A DNA stretch of 64,000 nt. Source: Octopus sinensis (Eukaryota). The notes under the pieces were generated by a model, which saw nothing but the letters and a program-made list of their open reading frames with translations, had not been told where the DNA came from and made no database searches. The position numbers and the translations under genes are program-made. Every line of letters starts with the position of its first letter. Position 1 is the stretch's first letter. This document shows positions 63,988 to 64,000 of this stretch, in pieces. Location of the stretch: contig NC_042997.1 of assembly GCF_006345805.1 (NCBI RefSeq), positions 61,318,001 to 61,382,000 of the forward strand. Direction: 5' to 3'.

Positions 63988-64000
63988 TTCTGGAAATGAT

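Overview
AT-rich, CpG-depleted, microsatellite- and retroelement-dense animal DNA. The repeat families resemble those of Octopus/coleoid cephalopods (inference from recalled repeat content, not checked against a database). It is not prokaryotic: no operons and no CRISPR. One host coding exon is recognisable: the first coding exon of a FAM20B-like Golgi glycosaminoglycan xylosylkinase (+, 5495-5903). I found no further FAM20B exon in the remaining 58 kb. A candidate first coding exon of an unidentified antisense gene lies at 19134-19446 (-). The rest is intronic TE landscape: a near-intact mariner, a decayed mariner, a near-full-length RTE LINE with a PHD finger inside its RT, and fragments of RTE, R4/Dong, Tx1, CR1/Jockey and a Chapaev-like transposase, plus MITEs and many tRNA-SINEs. 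The most unusual observations are: (1) a TSD-flanked tRNA-headed SINE carrying a Penelope-type hammerhead ribozyme motif, with two more decayed hammerheads elsewhere; (2) a TSD-flanked retroposed 5.8S rRNA/3'-tail chimera inside a SINE; (3) an 18-nt in-frame insertion in the RTE that matches inverted flanking DNA 1.7 kb away; (4) a twin-priming-type 5' inversion in an RTE-clade LINE; (5) several long fold-backs that could form intronic dsRNA.
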